DNA from: Octopus sinensis
Lineage: Eukaryota
Direction of reading: 5' to 3'
Length of the DNA: 64,000 bases
Assembly (NCBI RefSeq): GCF_006345805.1
Contig: NC_043005.1
Span: forward strand, 75,950,001-76,014,000
Each line of letters opens with the position of its first letter. The stretch's first letter is position 1. Shown piece after piece: positions 1-13,283 of the stretch. Made by a program: the position numbers and the translations under genes. The notes below the pieces were generated by a model. The model ran no database searches and was not told where the DNA came from. It worked only from the letters and a program-made list of their open reading frames with translations.

Positions 1-139
1 TTCTGCCAAGGTCATCTTTGCCTTTCAGCCTTTTGGGGTTGGTAAATTAGGTACCAGTTGCATACTGGGGTCGATCTCTCTCCCAAAATTTTGGGCCTTG
101 TGCCTAGAGTAGAAAAGAATATCTATATCTTACATTTAT

Positions 140-465
140 CCAAGGTATGTGACAAATATATTTATATGGTTTATTTATTTATTCATTTTTATACATCTAC
201 CTCTATTTCTCATAAGTATCACAGGTAAGTCCATATATGTCTATTGTGTGTGTATTACCTTGTATATTTCTGTGTATTATTTACGATTTTTTTTTTGCTA
301 AAGACAGAAGAGATGAAAAGAGAGAGGAAATAAATTCATAAATAACACACAATGTATTTACCTATGATACTTATGAGAAATAGAGACAGATGTATAAAAA
401 ATAAATAGATAAATATTTAAATAGATAAATAAACAAATATATAAATATATTTGTCACATACCTGG
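140..465. repeat. Fold-back inverted repeat (MITE-like)
   Basis: ~120-bp arms (ccaaggtatgtgacaaatatattt...ctctatttctcataagtatca) mirrored at ~343-465. Confidence 0.7.
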
Positions 466-767
466 GGTATCTTTTTATCTTAATATCTTAATTATTAAAT
501 GTAAAGCTAGCTTAATTCTATTGAATACAGCAATTCTACTGAATCGCCTCAATCCTCCATTGCTCTTTTATCATGATAAACAATCAGAGGTACTGTTCAA
601 TTATTCTTTTATTCTTCTACTTGTTTCAGTCGTAAGACTGTGGTCATGCTGGGGCACCACCTTGAAGAGTTTTAGTCAAATGTATTGACACCCTGTACTA
701 GCTTGGTACTTATTCTATTTGTATCTTTTGTTGAACTGCCAAATTATGGAATCATAAACATAAGTAA

Positions 768-1156
768 GCGTAGGAGTGGCTGTGTGGTAAGTAGCTTCCT
801 TACCAACCACATGGTTGTGGGTTCAGTTCCACTGCGTGGCACCTTGGGCAAGTGTCTTCTACTATAGCCTCGGGCTGACCAAAGCCTTGTGAGTGGATTT
901 GGTAGACAGAAACTGAAAGAATCCCTTCGTATATATGTATATGTATATATGTATGTGTGTGTGTTTATGTTTGTGTGTCTGTGTTTGTCCCCCTAACATC
1001 GTTTGGTGTGTTTACGTCCCTGTAACTTAGCATTTCGGCCAAAGAGACCGATAGAATAAGTACTAGGCTTACAAAGAATAAGTCCTGGGGTCGATTTGCT
1101 CAACTAAAGGTGGTGCTCCAGCATGGCCACAGTCAAATGACTGAAACAAGTAAAAA
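768..1156 (+). mobile_element. tRNA-derived SINE family A (head - microsatellite - tail)
   Basis: Head ggagtggctgtgtggtaag...ggttcagttcc and tail ccagcatggccacagtcaaatgactgaaacaagt. Many copies across the window. Confidence 0.85.
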
Positions 1157-1163
1157 CAAAAAC

Positions 1164-1910
1164 CAACACTGATTGTCAAGCGGCAGCTGGGGAATAAACA
1201 CACACATGCACACACACACAGACACACACGCGCACCCACACCCACACACACATACACACACACATACACACACACGCACACATACTCACACACACCACAC
1301 ACACACACAATTGGCTTCTTTCAGTTTTTATTTCTTTATTGCCCACAAGGGGCTAAACATAGAGGGGACAATCAAGGACAGACATAGGGATTAAGTCAAT
1401 TAAATCAACCCCAGTGCGTAACTGGTACTTAATTTATCAACCCCGAAAGGATGAAAGGCAAAGTCAACCTCAGCGGAATTTGAACTCAGAATGTAACGGC
1501 AGATGAAATACCTATTTCTTTACTACCCACAAGGGGCTAAACACAGAGAGGACAAACAAGGACAGACAAATGGATTAAGTCAATTATATCAACCCCAGTG
1601 TGTAACTGGTACTTATTTAATCAACCTCGAAAGGATGAAAGGCAAAGTCAACCTCGGTGGAATTTGAACTCAGAACGTAAAGACAGATGAAATACCGCTA
1701 AGCATTTCACCCAGTGTGCTAACATTTCTGCCAACTCAACGCCTTAGTTTTCTTTCAGTTTCTGCCTACCAAAATCCACTTACAAGGTTTTGGTTTGCCC
1801 AAGGCTATAGCAGAAGACATTTGCTCAAGGTGGCACACAGTAGGACTGAACCTGGAACTATGTGATCAGAAAGCAAAACTTCTTACCACACAGCCATGCC
1901 TGCACCTATA
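1164..1910 (-). mobile_element. SINE A interrupted by dimeric SINE B (1328..1749)
   Basis: 12-bp duplication ttctttcagttt at 1316-1327 and 1750-1761. Confidence 0.85.
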
Positions 1911-2165
1911 CTATATTGAATTATGTTAGTCAAATTTTATACACCATGGGTCAGGTATTGTCTATGTAGTTTATAGACCACAAGCAAGATAGTTGGATAA
2001 CATCTATGAGCTCACTTATTCACACTTGGGAATCCAGCTGGATCAGTTAGAAAGGGTTGCTTCTGACAGGACCTGATGGAATAAGTGGGTGAAGAAGATG
2101 AGATGAGAACCCTTTTGATATCTTCTTCAAACTTCTCCTACTTCTGTGATACAAACTTTCTGCTT

Positions 2166-2393
2166 TAATCTTTAGCATTCAGATTACTGTGTCAAATGTA
2201 ATACTTATTTATTCATGTTATTTTGAATTAATCATACATTATCTCATAGCTTTGAGGTTTCAATGATGTGATTATTTAGTTTTTAGAATGATATTGTAGG
2301 GTAGGTGTGAGAGGTTGGATCTGGTCAGTTTGAACATAAAACAGGTAGAATAATTTGGCCCGATATGGCCAGTTTAAACGATAAAAGGTTAAA
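2166..2393. mobile_element. Degenerate TTAA-flanked (piggyBac-type) MITE
   Basis: Ends ttaa|tctttagcatt and aaaagg|ttaa. A related left end ttaaccctttagcatt is at ~6737. Confidence 0.45.
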
Positions 2394-3070
2394 GTGATCT
2401 AAATTAAAAACCTCTTTTGTAAGTCCAGTCATTAACTTCTCATTGGTAGTGTACAATATTTGGTCGACTATGAGTGATAATGAGAAAGGCTACATTAATA
2501 TTTATATAAATTTCTATGTTTTTTTTCATTATACAAACATTGGCATTTACATATGTGCAACAGTTGTTTGAATAAAACAGCAGACATGAGAGAGTCAATG
2601 TGATATTAAATGTCTTCATTGCATAAAATATTTTGGTTGTTTATATGGAAATTATTCATGGTTATTAAAGACAGAATAAATTGAAAGAGTGACAACACCT
2701 TATCACAAAACTGACCAAAAGAGTTCTCTATTTGACAAGTTGTAGTGCACCTGAGCACTGTACACAATAATTTCATTATTATTATAGCATCTGTGGTCGT
2801 TCAGTTAGGGAGTTCAATATCCCAGTTTTTTATATCATTTAGTCAACCGTCTGGAACTTGTGGTAGAACTTATTCAGTGGGAAAATTCAGATAAAATACG
2901 TTCAAGTCTCCTGTTTATTTGGTTATACACCAGCTGATCTGATTCACTGGACAATGTTTATGTAGGCATTCATGCCTTTTATGGTAATACAGTTAACATC
3001 TCATAGCTGATCTTGCCTTTTGTTGCAATATAATTAGACAATGGTCCTAAACTGGAGAATCTGAGCAACT

Positions 3071-3472
3071 CTTTTACTTGTTTCAGTCATTTGATTGCGA
3101 CCATGCTGGAGCACCACCTTTAGTCGAGCAAATCGACCCCAGGAATTATTCTTTGTAAGCCTAGTACTTATTCTATCAGTCTCTTTTGCTGAACCGCTAA
3201 GTTATGGGGACATAAACACACCAGCATCGGTTGTCAAGCAATTCAAACACAGACACACAAACATATACACCCACATACATACATACATATACATATATAT
3301 ACATATAATGTGTGGACTTCTTTCAGTTTCCGTCTACCAAATCCACTCACAAGGCTTTGGTCGGCCCGAGGCTATAGCAGAAGACACTTGCCCAACGTGC
3401 CACGCAGTGGGACTGAACCCAGAACCATGTGGTTGGTAAGCAAGCTACTTACCACACAGCCACTCGTGCACC
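3071..3472 (-). mobile_element. SINE family A
   Basis: Reverse complement of the family A head and tail. Confidence 0.85.
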
Positions 3473-4337
3473 TGTTGAAATTTTATATTAATTTATATTT
3501 CAGACACCAGCTTAATGATAACAAAGTTGTTTTACTAAATTACTTGAAACAATTGTAGTGTGCTTCAACAGTTCAACAGAAATATGGTAACAAAAGGGGT
3601 TAAATTGCCAATGTAAATGTTACTAATCATTATAAGCATAAATTTGAGACAGCAAAAGGTGAATTACTCCATGTATCAATTATTGTCTGAAGGTATGTGT
3701 TACCTATTATGTAACAATTTGTGTCATCCCAACTTCTCACATTTGATGCTATAAATAATTTTTGGTATTTTTAACTGTAATAGTGTAATTTATAGAGAAT
3801 GAAAAAGAGAGAAAGAGAGACAGACAGACAGACTGATTGAGAGAGAGATTGGAAGTTATGTTAAATTGTAAGTGTCCTTTGTCAAGGTCATTAACCATTT
3901 AACCCCTACAGCACCTTAAATTACTAGCATGCAGAGAAAATCAATAATGTTATCACCCAATGAATAACCAATAGATACTGTAGCTTGAATTCCATCAATG
4001 GTTATCTTTCTCTTAATTGTCTCAAATTTGTGGTTTGAAAATCTAATAATCTGAAAGTTACGTGTTTTACTGAATAAATATGATATTGGTTATATAGGTC
4101 AGGTGTTTTAATGTGGAAGTCACCTTTTGTAATGTCAGACGTTGACAATGTAGTACTACGTATACAAAAAAAAAAAAAAAGACAGGGTGGTTGTGGTTGG
4201 AACATCTTTGATTCCATTGGTCTGTTTAGTCATGGCAGGATATGGAGCTAACCAGCAACATTAACAATAACAACAGCAACATCACATTTATATGGTACCA
4301 TATCTGATCTTCTTCCTGCAATACACTATATAGAATC

Positions 4338-4815
4338 ATCATCATCGTTTAACGTCCATTTTCCATGCTAGCATAGGTTAGATGGTTCGACCGGAGTTTG
4401 GGAAGCCAGAAGGCTGCACCAGGCTCCGGTCTGATCTGGCAGTGTTTCTACAGCTGGATGCCCTTCCTAACGCCAACCAGTCCATGAGTGTAGTGGGTGC
4501 ATTTTATGTGCCACTGGCACAGGGGCCAGGGGAGGCTGACATCGGCCATGCTTGGATGGTGCTTTTTACCTGCCACTGGCACAGGTATCACAACTAAAAT
4601 TTCCATTTGATTTTTATTTTGATGTTGATGCACAGCAGGTCACCCTATGATCCAAGGTTAGCACAGCAGGCCGTTCTGCGATCAGGGTACTTTGTATGGG
4701 CTAGGGTTGCTGTGTGAAGCTGGTGCAGGAAACAGCCATGAACTCATGTTATTTGTCGGGTCTTTGCAGTCACAGCATATCTCCAGAGATCTCGGTCTTT
4801 CGTCATTGCCTCTGT
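4338..4815 (-). mobile_element. RTE-related 3' end / SINE with (GAT)n tail
   Basis: Shares the 3' end (catcatcgtttaacgtcc..ccatgctagcat..ctggatgcccttcctaac) with the LINE at 8410 and the copy at 27075-27480. Confidence 0.65.
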
Positions 4816-5569
4816 GAGGTTCATATCTTTAATTTTTTTTTTAGCCAACACTATAAACATGTTCTGTAGTACACTATAGCAATGAAATGGAACAGAGTTA
4901 ATACAAAAGTAAGTTTCGTTTCACTATGAAGTTGATCCATCCAAATTAGATGTACTGTGTATACATCAGATGTATTTTATAAGTCAGATGTTTTTTTTTG
5001 TGTAGGTGAGAGGCTTATTGTGTAATTGAGGAAGTAAGCTTTAATTCTTAACTGCCTTTAAGACACAGTACTGCACAGAACTGCACAGAACTGCATCAAT
5101 CAGCCAGTCTTGAAATGCATGATATCACAAGAATCATACTAGTCTTACTTACATTCATTTTGAAAGAATTTAGAAAGTCTCTAATGTAATTGAGAAAACT
5201 CTGATCCCTTCATCTGTCATTCATTTCTGTTTTGCAATAGAATAATTATGGGACTGGTAAGGTAAAGTTTCCTTTTCAAGTCGTACCAACTCACAAGGGT
5301 TGGTTTCCTAGATTCCATGGCATATTTTTTTACCCCCACCTGGATGGGACAATGGTCTGTCACAGGATTACTCATTTTTGTCAGCTGAATGGACTGAAGC
5401 AACGTGAAATGAAGGGTTTTGCTCAAGAACAACATGTTGCCTGGTCCAGGAATTTAAACCACAATCTTATGCTCACAAGTCCAACATCCTAACCACTAAG
5501 CCACATGCCTCCACTTATGGGATTGGGCTTTTGACTGAGAAGATTTTCAACAGCTCTGATACTATGGAC

Positions 5570-5797
5570 ATGTAATTAAAATGCTGCTAGAATGTATCAC
5601 AAGGTGGATTCTTCTAGCCAAGCCAAATGGCAGGAGACATAGAAGTAGACCAAAACTGAGATGGTTGGATGACATCCATAGTCCCAGTTGGTCACACTTG
5701 GGAATCCATCCAGAAAGTCTAATGATTGCAGCTTCTGATAGGACCTTAAGGAGGAGGTGCCTGAGGATTCTAACCCCACAACCTTCCCAGGAATAGT
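5570..5797 (+). mobile_element. RTE LINE 3' ORF relic
   Basis: GRRHRSRPKLRWLDDI...ASDR matches the RTE C-terminal GRP..RW motif. Confidence 0.7.
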
Positions 5798-7436
5798 GGG
5801 CAGAGAAGATAGAGAAGATAGATGGTTGGCTGACTGGCTGGCTAGATGTTAAGAGTCAAAAGTCGGTTGTATCATATAGTTAGATATGATACTGTGTAGA
5901 TAGATGTAGATGAGATATTATGCTTTGTAAGGCAGTTGTTATATAGATCAGATATTGCAATATGTAGGCCAATTGCTGTACTTTGTCAAGCCAAATATTA
6001 CAGCATGTAGGTCAACTGTGGGTACTCTATACATCATATATTGTACTGTATAGGTCAGATGAATTATATATGTCAGATGGACTTTGGAGGTTAGATATTG
6101 TATGTCATAAGCCAGACATTACACTAGGGGTATTAATAAGTCCCTAGACATTGCTACCTTGAGCCCTACTATTCATAGGGATAGTTACACAATTTCTATG
6201 GTACATAGGTGACTGAGATCCCAATGTTTCTCTCGAATGGCTACATTAATATTTGAATAAAACAATATGCATGGGATAGCAAATGTGATATTAAAAGTTT
6301 ATTCATTGTAGGTTTATTTATTTATAGCTGAGCAGACTGGAGAGCAATGTGAAATGAAGTGTTCTGCTCAAGAATACAATCCACTACCTGGTCCAGGAAT
6401 TGAAACCATGATCTTGGGATCATTCGTGCAACACCATAAGCCACATAATTTCATAGGTAAATAGGTGTGCTATTTTGTTCAGCTGTTTTAGTAAGTCAGT
6501 CAGATGTTGCACTGTGTTAATCACACAGGTCTATTGTATTAGACAGCCAGATGAATTATATGTCAGGTGAACTTTTAAGCTCAGATATTGCACTTTATAA
6601 TCAGATGCTTTTTTTATATAGATCAGGTATCAGATTTGGTACATTAGAAGGTGTAGCACAATGATCAGCTGTTGTAATCTCTCAGTCAAATACTTTACAT
6701 TGTGGGTCATATGTTGTGCTAGGTATGTCATATATTTTAACCCTTTAGCATTTAATCCGGCCAAGAAGAGCATCCAGCAGCAGAAAACCATGCCAAATCA
6801 GATTAGTTCCTGGTGCAATCTTCCAGCGTGCCATCCCGGTCAAACCGTCCAACTCATGCCAGTTTGGACAACAGACGTTAAATGATGATGATGATGATGA
6901 TATCTGGCCTAAATATTCTACCATTTAGGTCAGATGATGATGATTTATTCAGGTAAAGAAACATCTAGGTTTAATTCATTTTTGAAATTTGGTGGATGTC
7001 ATTGCTCTGTTGGAAATTAATAAAGGTGATTTTTTTTTCTGAATTACGCTCAAAACAAGAATTCGAAACCTCAGTTCAAAATCATTAAAAAAAAAACCCA
7101 AAGCACTTAACACTCTTCCATTATTGTATGCAGAAACCTCGTTCAGACAAAAATGTATCAATCATGATAACTTTGATATACTGGTTTTAGATATTACCTA
7201 AGTAATTATAATTTCTAATGTCAGAATGAGAATTTAGTCAATCAGAAGTACCTTGATATGTGACTGATAATTTATTTTCTTGCACCTTGAAGGATCAAAG
7301 GAAAACTTTACTCTGTTAAATGCTATAACTAAGTACTTCAAGTCATTTGGCCTGAAGCTGTAACAATTCTGCTAATTTGTCGTCCTATGTGGTCTAAATA
7401 TTATTAACTAAAGTCATGTAACGTAATCTCATAATC

Positions 7437-7485
7437 TCATACATACATACATACATACATACATACATACATACATACATACTAC

Positions 7486-7547
<62 letters not shown>

Positions 7548-7740
7548 TACATACATATATACATACGTACATACATGCATACATACATACATACAAACAT
7601 ACATACATACATACATATATATATATACACATACATACATATATACATACGTACATACATGCATACATACATACATACATACATACATGCATACATACAT
7701 ACATACATACATACATACATACATACATACATACATACAA

Positions 7741-7793
<53 letters not shown>

Positions 7794-8015
7794 ATACACA
7801 TACATACATATATACATACGTACATACATGCATACATACATACATACAACATACATACATACATATATATATATATATACACATACATACATATACATAC
7901 GTACATACATGCATACATACATATATACATACGTACATACATGCATACATACATACATACATACATACATACATACATACCATACATACATACAAACATA
8001 CATACATACATACAT

Positions 8016-8078
<63 letters not shown>

Positions 8079-8163
8079 GCATACATATATACATACGTTC
8101 ATACATGCATACATACATACATATATACATACATACATGCATACATACATACATACATACATA
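7437..8163. repeat. Compound (ATAC)n/(TA)n microsatellite array
   Basis: Seen directly. It is the source of several spurious ORFs. Confidence 0.97.
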
Positions 8164-8409
8164 TGTTCTTTTATTCTTTTACTTGTTTCAGTCATTTGAC
8201 TGGGGCCATGCTAGAGGACCACCTTTTAGTTGAAGCAATTGACTCCTGGACTTATTCTTAGTAAGCCTGGTATTTATTCTATCAGTCTCTTCTGCCAAAC
8301 CGCTAAATGATGGGGATATAAGCACACCAACATCAGTTGTCAAGTGATGGGGACAAAAACAGACACAAAGACACACACATAAATACATACATATATATAC
8401 AACAAGCTT

Positions 8410-10345
8410 CATCATCACCATCACCATTTAACGTCTTTCCTCCATGCTGGCATGGGTTAGATGGTTTGACTGGCGCTGATGAGCCGGAGAGCTGCACCAG
8501 CTTCCAATCTGATTTGGCATGGTTTCTACAGCTGGATGCCCTTCCTAACTCCAACCACTCTGAAAGTGTAATGAAAGCTTTTACATGTCACCGGCACGGG
8601 TTTCAGTTTGCATGACACCAGTATCTGCCATGACTATGATTTCACTTAGTTTGATGAGTCTTCTTCTCAAGCACATCATTTTCCATTGCCTACATGAAGC
8701 CCGGCATTCAGAAGGTGCTTTTTATGTGCCACTGGCACAGGTGCTAGTTACACGACGCCAGCATCAGCCACATTGCTTCCATGAGGCCCAACGCTTGAAA
8801 GGTGCTTTTTATGTGCCACTGGCATGGGTGTAAGTTATGTGACACCGACAATGACCACAGCTTCACTTGGCTTGATGGGTTTTCTCAAGCACAGCATATT
8901 GCTAAAGGTTTCGGTCACTAGTCATTGCCTCTGTGAGGCCCAACATCTGAAGGTCATGCTTCACCACCTTGTCTCATGTTTTTCCAGGTCTCCTTCTTCC
9001 ACGGCTTCCACTAGTAGAGATCAGCACTTCTTCACACAACTGTCCATATCCATACACACCACATGACCGTACCAATGCAGTTGTCTCTCTTGTATACTAC
9101 ATCTGATGCCTCTTATGTCCAGCTTTTCTCTCAAGATGCTTACACTCTGTCGTACATGCACACTGACATTACACATCCAGTGAAGCATACTAGCTTCATT
9201 TCTTTTAAGTCTACGCACTCACAGCCCACGTTTCACTGCTGTGTAACATGGATGTTTGCATACAGGCATCATACAATCTGCCTTTCACTCTGAGAGAGAG
9301 GCCCTTTGTTACCAACAGAGGTAGGATCACCCTGAACTTTGCCCAACTTATTCTTATTCTAGAAGCTATGCTCTTACGAAGCATCCACCTCCGCTACTGA
9401 CTTGGTCAACTAGGTAACGGAAGCTATCAACCACTTCTAGTTTTCCCTACTGGCATTTGATGGAGTCTATTTTCTGAACATTTATAGTATTGATTGTATC
9501 TCTGCACCTACCATACACAAAACTATTGGGTTGTCTGGAAATTTCATGCCGATTTTTAAAGGAAACAAAAAGGTCAATAAATACTTACCATTGCATTTTT
9601 AATCTACCAAATATGAACCGTTTTGTTGGACAATGCGTCTCCATCTTTCCTTTAACTTGAAAATACCTTCTTCCCAGAATTGAGGTGGTTTCATGGCAAA
9701 GAATTCATCAAGGTATCTTTTTACATCATCCAAGGAATTGAAATTTTCACCATTAAGACTATTCTGCAGAGACTTGAATAAGTGGAAATCTGAAGGAGCA
9801 ATATCTGGTGAATATGGAGGGTGGGGTAACACATCCCAGCTGAGCTGCAGCAATTTTTGTCTGGTTCCCAAATCATCAAGTGCTGAAAATGAACTTTCTT
9901 ATCTTCCATTTTAAAGGGTTACAGAATTAACACAGGTTATAGGAACATAAACCTTCTTCCACGAAAAGATAGCTTAAACTGTGCTCTAAATGGAGGTGTA
10001 GTCAAATCCTATTTTATGGACTCAACCATGTTCTAAAATAAGTCGAAAGGTAAGCTACTATAAATTGGCATGAATTTTCCAGACAACCCAATATTTTCCC
10101 TGTTAACCTTCCTCTGATATTGCTGCACCTCTTACGTGTCCATAGCTTACACCAGGTACATTTTATGGAATTGTTACTTGCACCTTTTCTACAGAACAAG
10201 CAGGGCCATCTACTTGAGGGGATTTGTGATTTGTCCACTTTCCTACTTGCTAAGACTTTGGTTTTTGCTAAGTTAACTCTAAGGCCCTTCAATTCTAGAC
10301 TTTGCTTCCACACCTGTTTGATGGTGATTCATGAAACTTCTCTAG
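8410..10345 (-). mobile_element. 5'-truncated RTE-clade LINE, interrupted by a mariner derivative
   Basis: WKQSLELKGLRVNLAKTKV, a WPCxxC..CxxC..KRCS zinc finger, RQLHWYGHV, and a (GAT)-type tail. Confidence 0.85.
9526..10091 (-). mobile_element. Non-autonomous mariner deletion derivative
   Basis: TIRs TTGGGTTGTCTGGAAA..., TA on both sides. N-terminal MEDKKVHF is fused to C-terminal HPPYSPDIAPSDFHLF. Confidence 0.93.
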
Positions 10346-10645
10346 TTCTATATATATAGTATTAATAAGAATCAGGAGAATGGAGATTTTCCACATCTAT
10401 AATTTTATTAAGCAGTTATTTACAGCATTCTTTTGTGGACCTATGTGCATTTGAACTGCATTGACTGCATCCTGTTAGATGTGCATCGGATTTACAAAGC
10501 AAGAAAAATTACCGGAGTCTAGCAACTTATTTCTATCTTGGGTATCATCAACATTTGCTGTGGTTAGCCAGTATACAAACTGATTTATGAGGAAACACGG
10601 TAACTTCTAGGATTACATATCTCTTTGAAATCATTTTTGTATATA

Positions 10646-10851
10646 TATAAACATAATTAAGAGATTAGCAAAAAGTTGCTTCACCACATAGCGAAAATTT
10701 AGAAATAGCAATCAAAACTGCTAATTCTTTTACTACATTATCTCCACAATATATCTCCATGTAGTAAAAGAATTAGCAGTTTTGATGGCTATTTCTAAAT
10801 TTTCGCTATGTGGTGAAGCAACTTTTTGCTAATCTCTTAATTATGCTTATA
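10646..10851. repeat. Near-perfect 93-bp inverted repeat with 20-nt loop
   Basis: Arms 10646-10738 and 10759-10851, two mismatches by eye. Confidence 0.9.
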
Positions 10852-11254
10852 ATTATAAAGAAACATTTTGTATAAGTTTTACTGATAATGGTTGGGTTTT
10901 TTTTCCCATACCGAAGCTACTTGGTAAAAATTATTAATTATTAATTTAATATTCTTTACCCTATGTCTATAAATATTTAAATATTTATATATATATGTAT
11001 ATATATATAAGTAAAGAGTAAATGTAGGTTAGCTGTTGTATTTTGAAGGCCAGATGTTGTAATGTGTAGATCGTATGCTGCACTCCATCTAATAGCCATT
11101 GTAGTTTATAAGTCAAGTGTTACACTAAATGAAATATGAAGGGGAATGAAAAACTATTTGTATCTTTACTAAAATTTTCTTTAGGTTAGCTGCACTTCCT
11201 TCAGTGTTTGTCAGCTAAAAGGTGGTAGTTTGGTGGCTATGTAACCAATGTTTG

Positions 11255-12410
11255 ACCTTGGTTGCTCCAATTTTCTTCCTTGTGTAAGAGAATTAACATA
11301 ACCATTCCACTAGCAGTGTGTACAAAAGAAGAACAGAGGTCAGTGATCCAATTTCTTCAGTCTGAAGGTGTGTCAGAGGCTGAAATTCATCACACGTTTT
11401 CTGTAAAATATGGGGTGGTGATCTCCCTTGTAGAAGTGTGCATGAGTAGATCAAAAGTTTTAAAAATAGCTGGACAAGCATGAAGCATGAAGAGGGAGCA
11501 GGACGCCCATCAACCACCACTATTACATGAATCTTCAACAAGCTCGTGAGATGATTCTGGTGAGCTGTTGAGTGACCATCTATGAGGTGACATGTTCTCT
11601 GTAAATTAATCATGGTTCTGAATAGAAAATCATTTATGAGAAGTTTTGCTTTTGTAAAGTCTGTGCATGATGGGTGTCAGGGGAGCTTACCGAAATGCGT
11701 CGGTGCAATCATGTGAAGATTTGTCAATGCCTCATCCACCACAACTATGAAGTTGAAATTCTTTCAGAGAGAATGGTCACAGGAGATGAGATCTGGATCC
11801 ATCACTTGGAGCCAGAATCCAAAATGTAGAGTATAGAGTGGAAACACTCAGAATTTCGATCAGAAAAGAAATTCAAGGCTAAATTTTTTGCAGAAAAAGT
11901 GAAGCTAAATGTTTTGGGGGGAGGCAAAAGGGCATAAACTGAAACATTACTTGGAAAAGGGGTCTACAGTCTCCTGTGTAGGCTACAGTGAAATTCTGGC
12001 CAACAAACTGAAACCAGAGATTCATGCCAAATGCTGAGGTCTTTTGTCAGAGCAAGTGTTGTTGTTGTTGTTGCGTGGCAATGCAAACCTAAATGCGACC
12101 TCTTACACTGTTGAAAACATTGAAAAGTTAGGTTTCAAGTTGTTGGAACATCCTGCATAAAGTCCAGATCTTGTCCTTTCTCACTATCACCACTTTGGCC
12201 TACTCAAGCACCCTTTATGAGGTCATCAATTTTCTATGCACAAACAAGCACAACCAGATGCAAACCTTCTTCCCTGATGGAATAAGCAAGCTTGTGGACT
12301 GCTGGAAGAAGCGCATTGAAAAGCAAAGAGACCATCATGAAAAAACGATGTAATTTTATTCAATCCCTGTTTTTGTTTTAATAAATGAACGTGCATATAA
12401 TTTTTGACTC
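11255..12410 (+). mobile_element. Degenerate near-full-length mariner transposase
   Basis: EEQRSVIQFL at the N-terminus, relics of WV, TGDE.WIHH and HPA*SPDL, many frameshifts. Ends are approximate. Confidence 0.8.
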
Positions 12411-12513
12411 AGACAAGTAACCGTTTTACATTAAAATCAAATGTTGACTTTTATAAAATAGTTTTTGTGTGTACTTTATAAATCAGGTATCCTACTTTAT
12501 AAAATGATACTGG

Positions 12514-12785
12514 CGATGGTGGTGGTGGTGGTGGTGGTGATCATGGTGATGGTGGTGGTGGTGATGGTGGTGGTGGTGGTGGTGGTGGTGATGATGGTGG
12601 TGGTGGCGGTGGTGGTGGTGGTGGTGGTGATGGTGGTGATGGTAGTAGTGGTGATGGTGGTGGTGGTGGTGAGGGTGACGATGATGATGATGATGATAAT
12701 GATGATGACAACAACGACGAGGATGGTGGTGATGATGCTGACGATGATGTTGATGATGATGGTGCTGTGGATGATGATGACGATA
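12514..12785. repeat. (GGT/GAT)n trinucleotide tract
   Basis: Seen directly. Confidence 0.95.
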
Positions 12786-13283
12786 CAAGATTCTTGTCAA
12801 AATTCATTAAAAACCAGATTTTTAACACCTTTCGTTATTGCACTGAGAATACTCTTTCAGAAAAACGGAAAGAACAAAAAAAAAATAAATAAAAGAAGCA
12901 GAAAAAGAAAACGTGTCAATAATTAGCATTCTCCTCTGTAGTAGTTTTATAAGTTGTCTAAATATTATTAACTCAAAATAAACTTTTTGCTACACTTAAA
13001 GTCTTCCATAGTTAAATAACATGTAGTTTCTATTACATAAAAATATTGATTTCTTCACATTGGCACAAGACAGCATCACAGATATACAGGGAAAGCGAAT
13101 ATTTGGCTCTTGGGTTGATGTAATCAACTACTCCCTTCCCGACCAAAATTTGTAACCATGTGCACATATTAGAAATCAATATTTATTCCATGGTCCACTG
13201 AACTTGTGTCTAGTGCCAGTTTCTGTGGCATTAAATGGATGCAGAACAAAAGTTCTGTGCTGCTTCATAGTGTGCAGTCTTGT

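Noticed and set aside
531-589. Possible plus-strand exon (tacag|...GAG|gtactg; ILLNRLNPPLLFYHDKQSE)
   Set aside because: Isolated, with no partner exons and no recognisable domain.
768-840. tRNA-like heads of the SINEs as tRNA genes
   Set aside because: They have A/B boxes but no complete cloverleaf, and they continue into repeat bodies.
2040-2150. Minus-strand frame ending RSNPF*
   Set aside because: It overlaps the antisense of an RTE 3' relic similar to 5695-5760.
3890-4217. Minus-strand frames with a vaguely small-GTPase-like stretch (KRKITIDGIQATV)
   Set aside because: No G-box motifs and no convincing donor.
6929-6952. Apparent 24-nt plus-strand micro-exon (tttag|GTCAGATGAT...CAG|gtaaag)
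   Set aside because: The gtcagatg motif recurs many times in the degenerate repeat at 4.9-6.7 kb, and no gene links to it.
7394-8261. Long ORFs such as MYVCMYVC... and HTYIHTYI... (also at 13.5-14.5, 30.7-31.6, 54.3-54.9 and 63.4-64 kb)
   Set aside because: They are translations of (ATAC)n/(TA)n microsatellites, which lack stops in these frames.
12465-12926. Poly-V, poly-H and poly-P ORFs (also at 19.9-20.3, 23.7-24.2 and 29.8-30.0 kb)
   Set aside because: They are trinucleotide repeat tracts with no splice or domain context.
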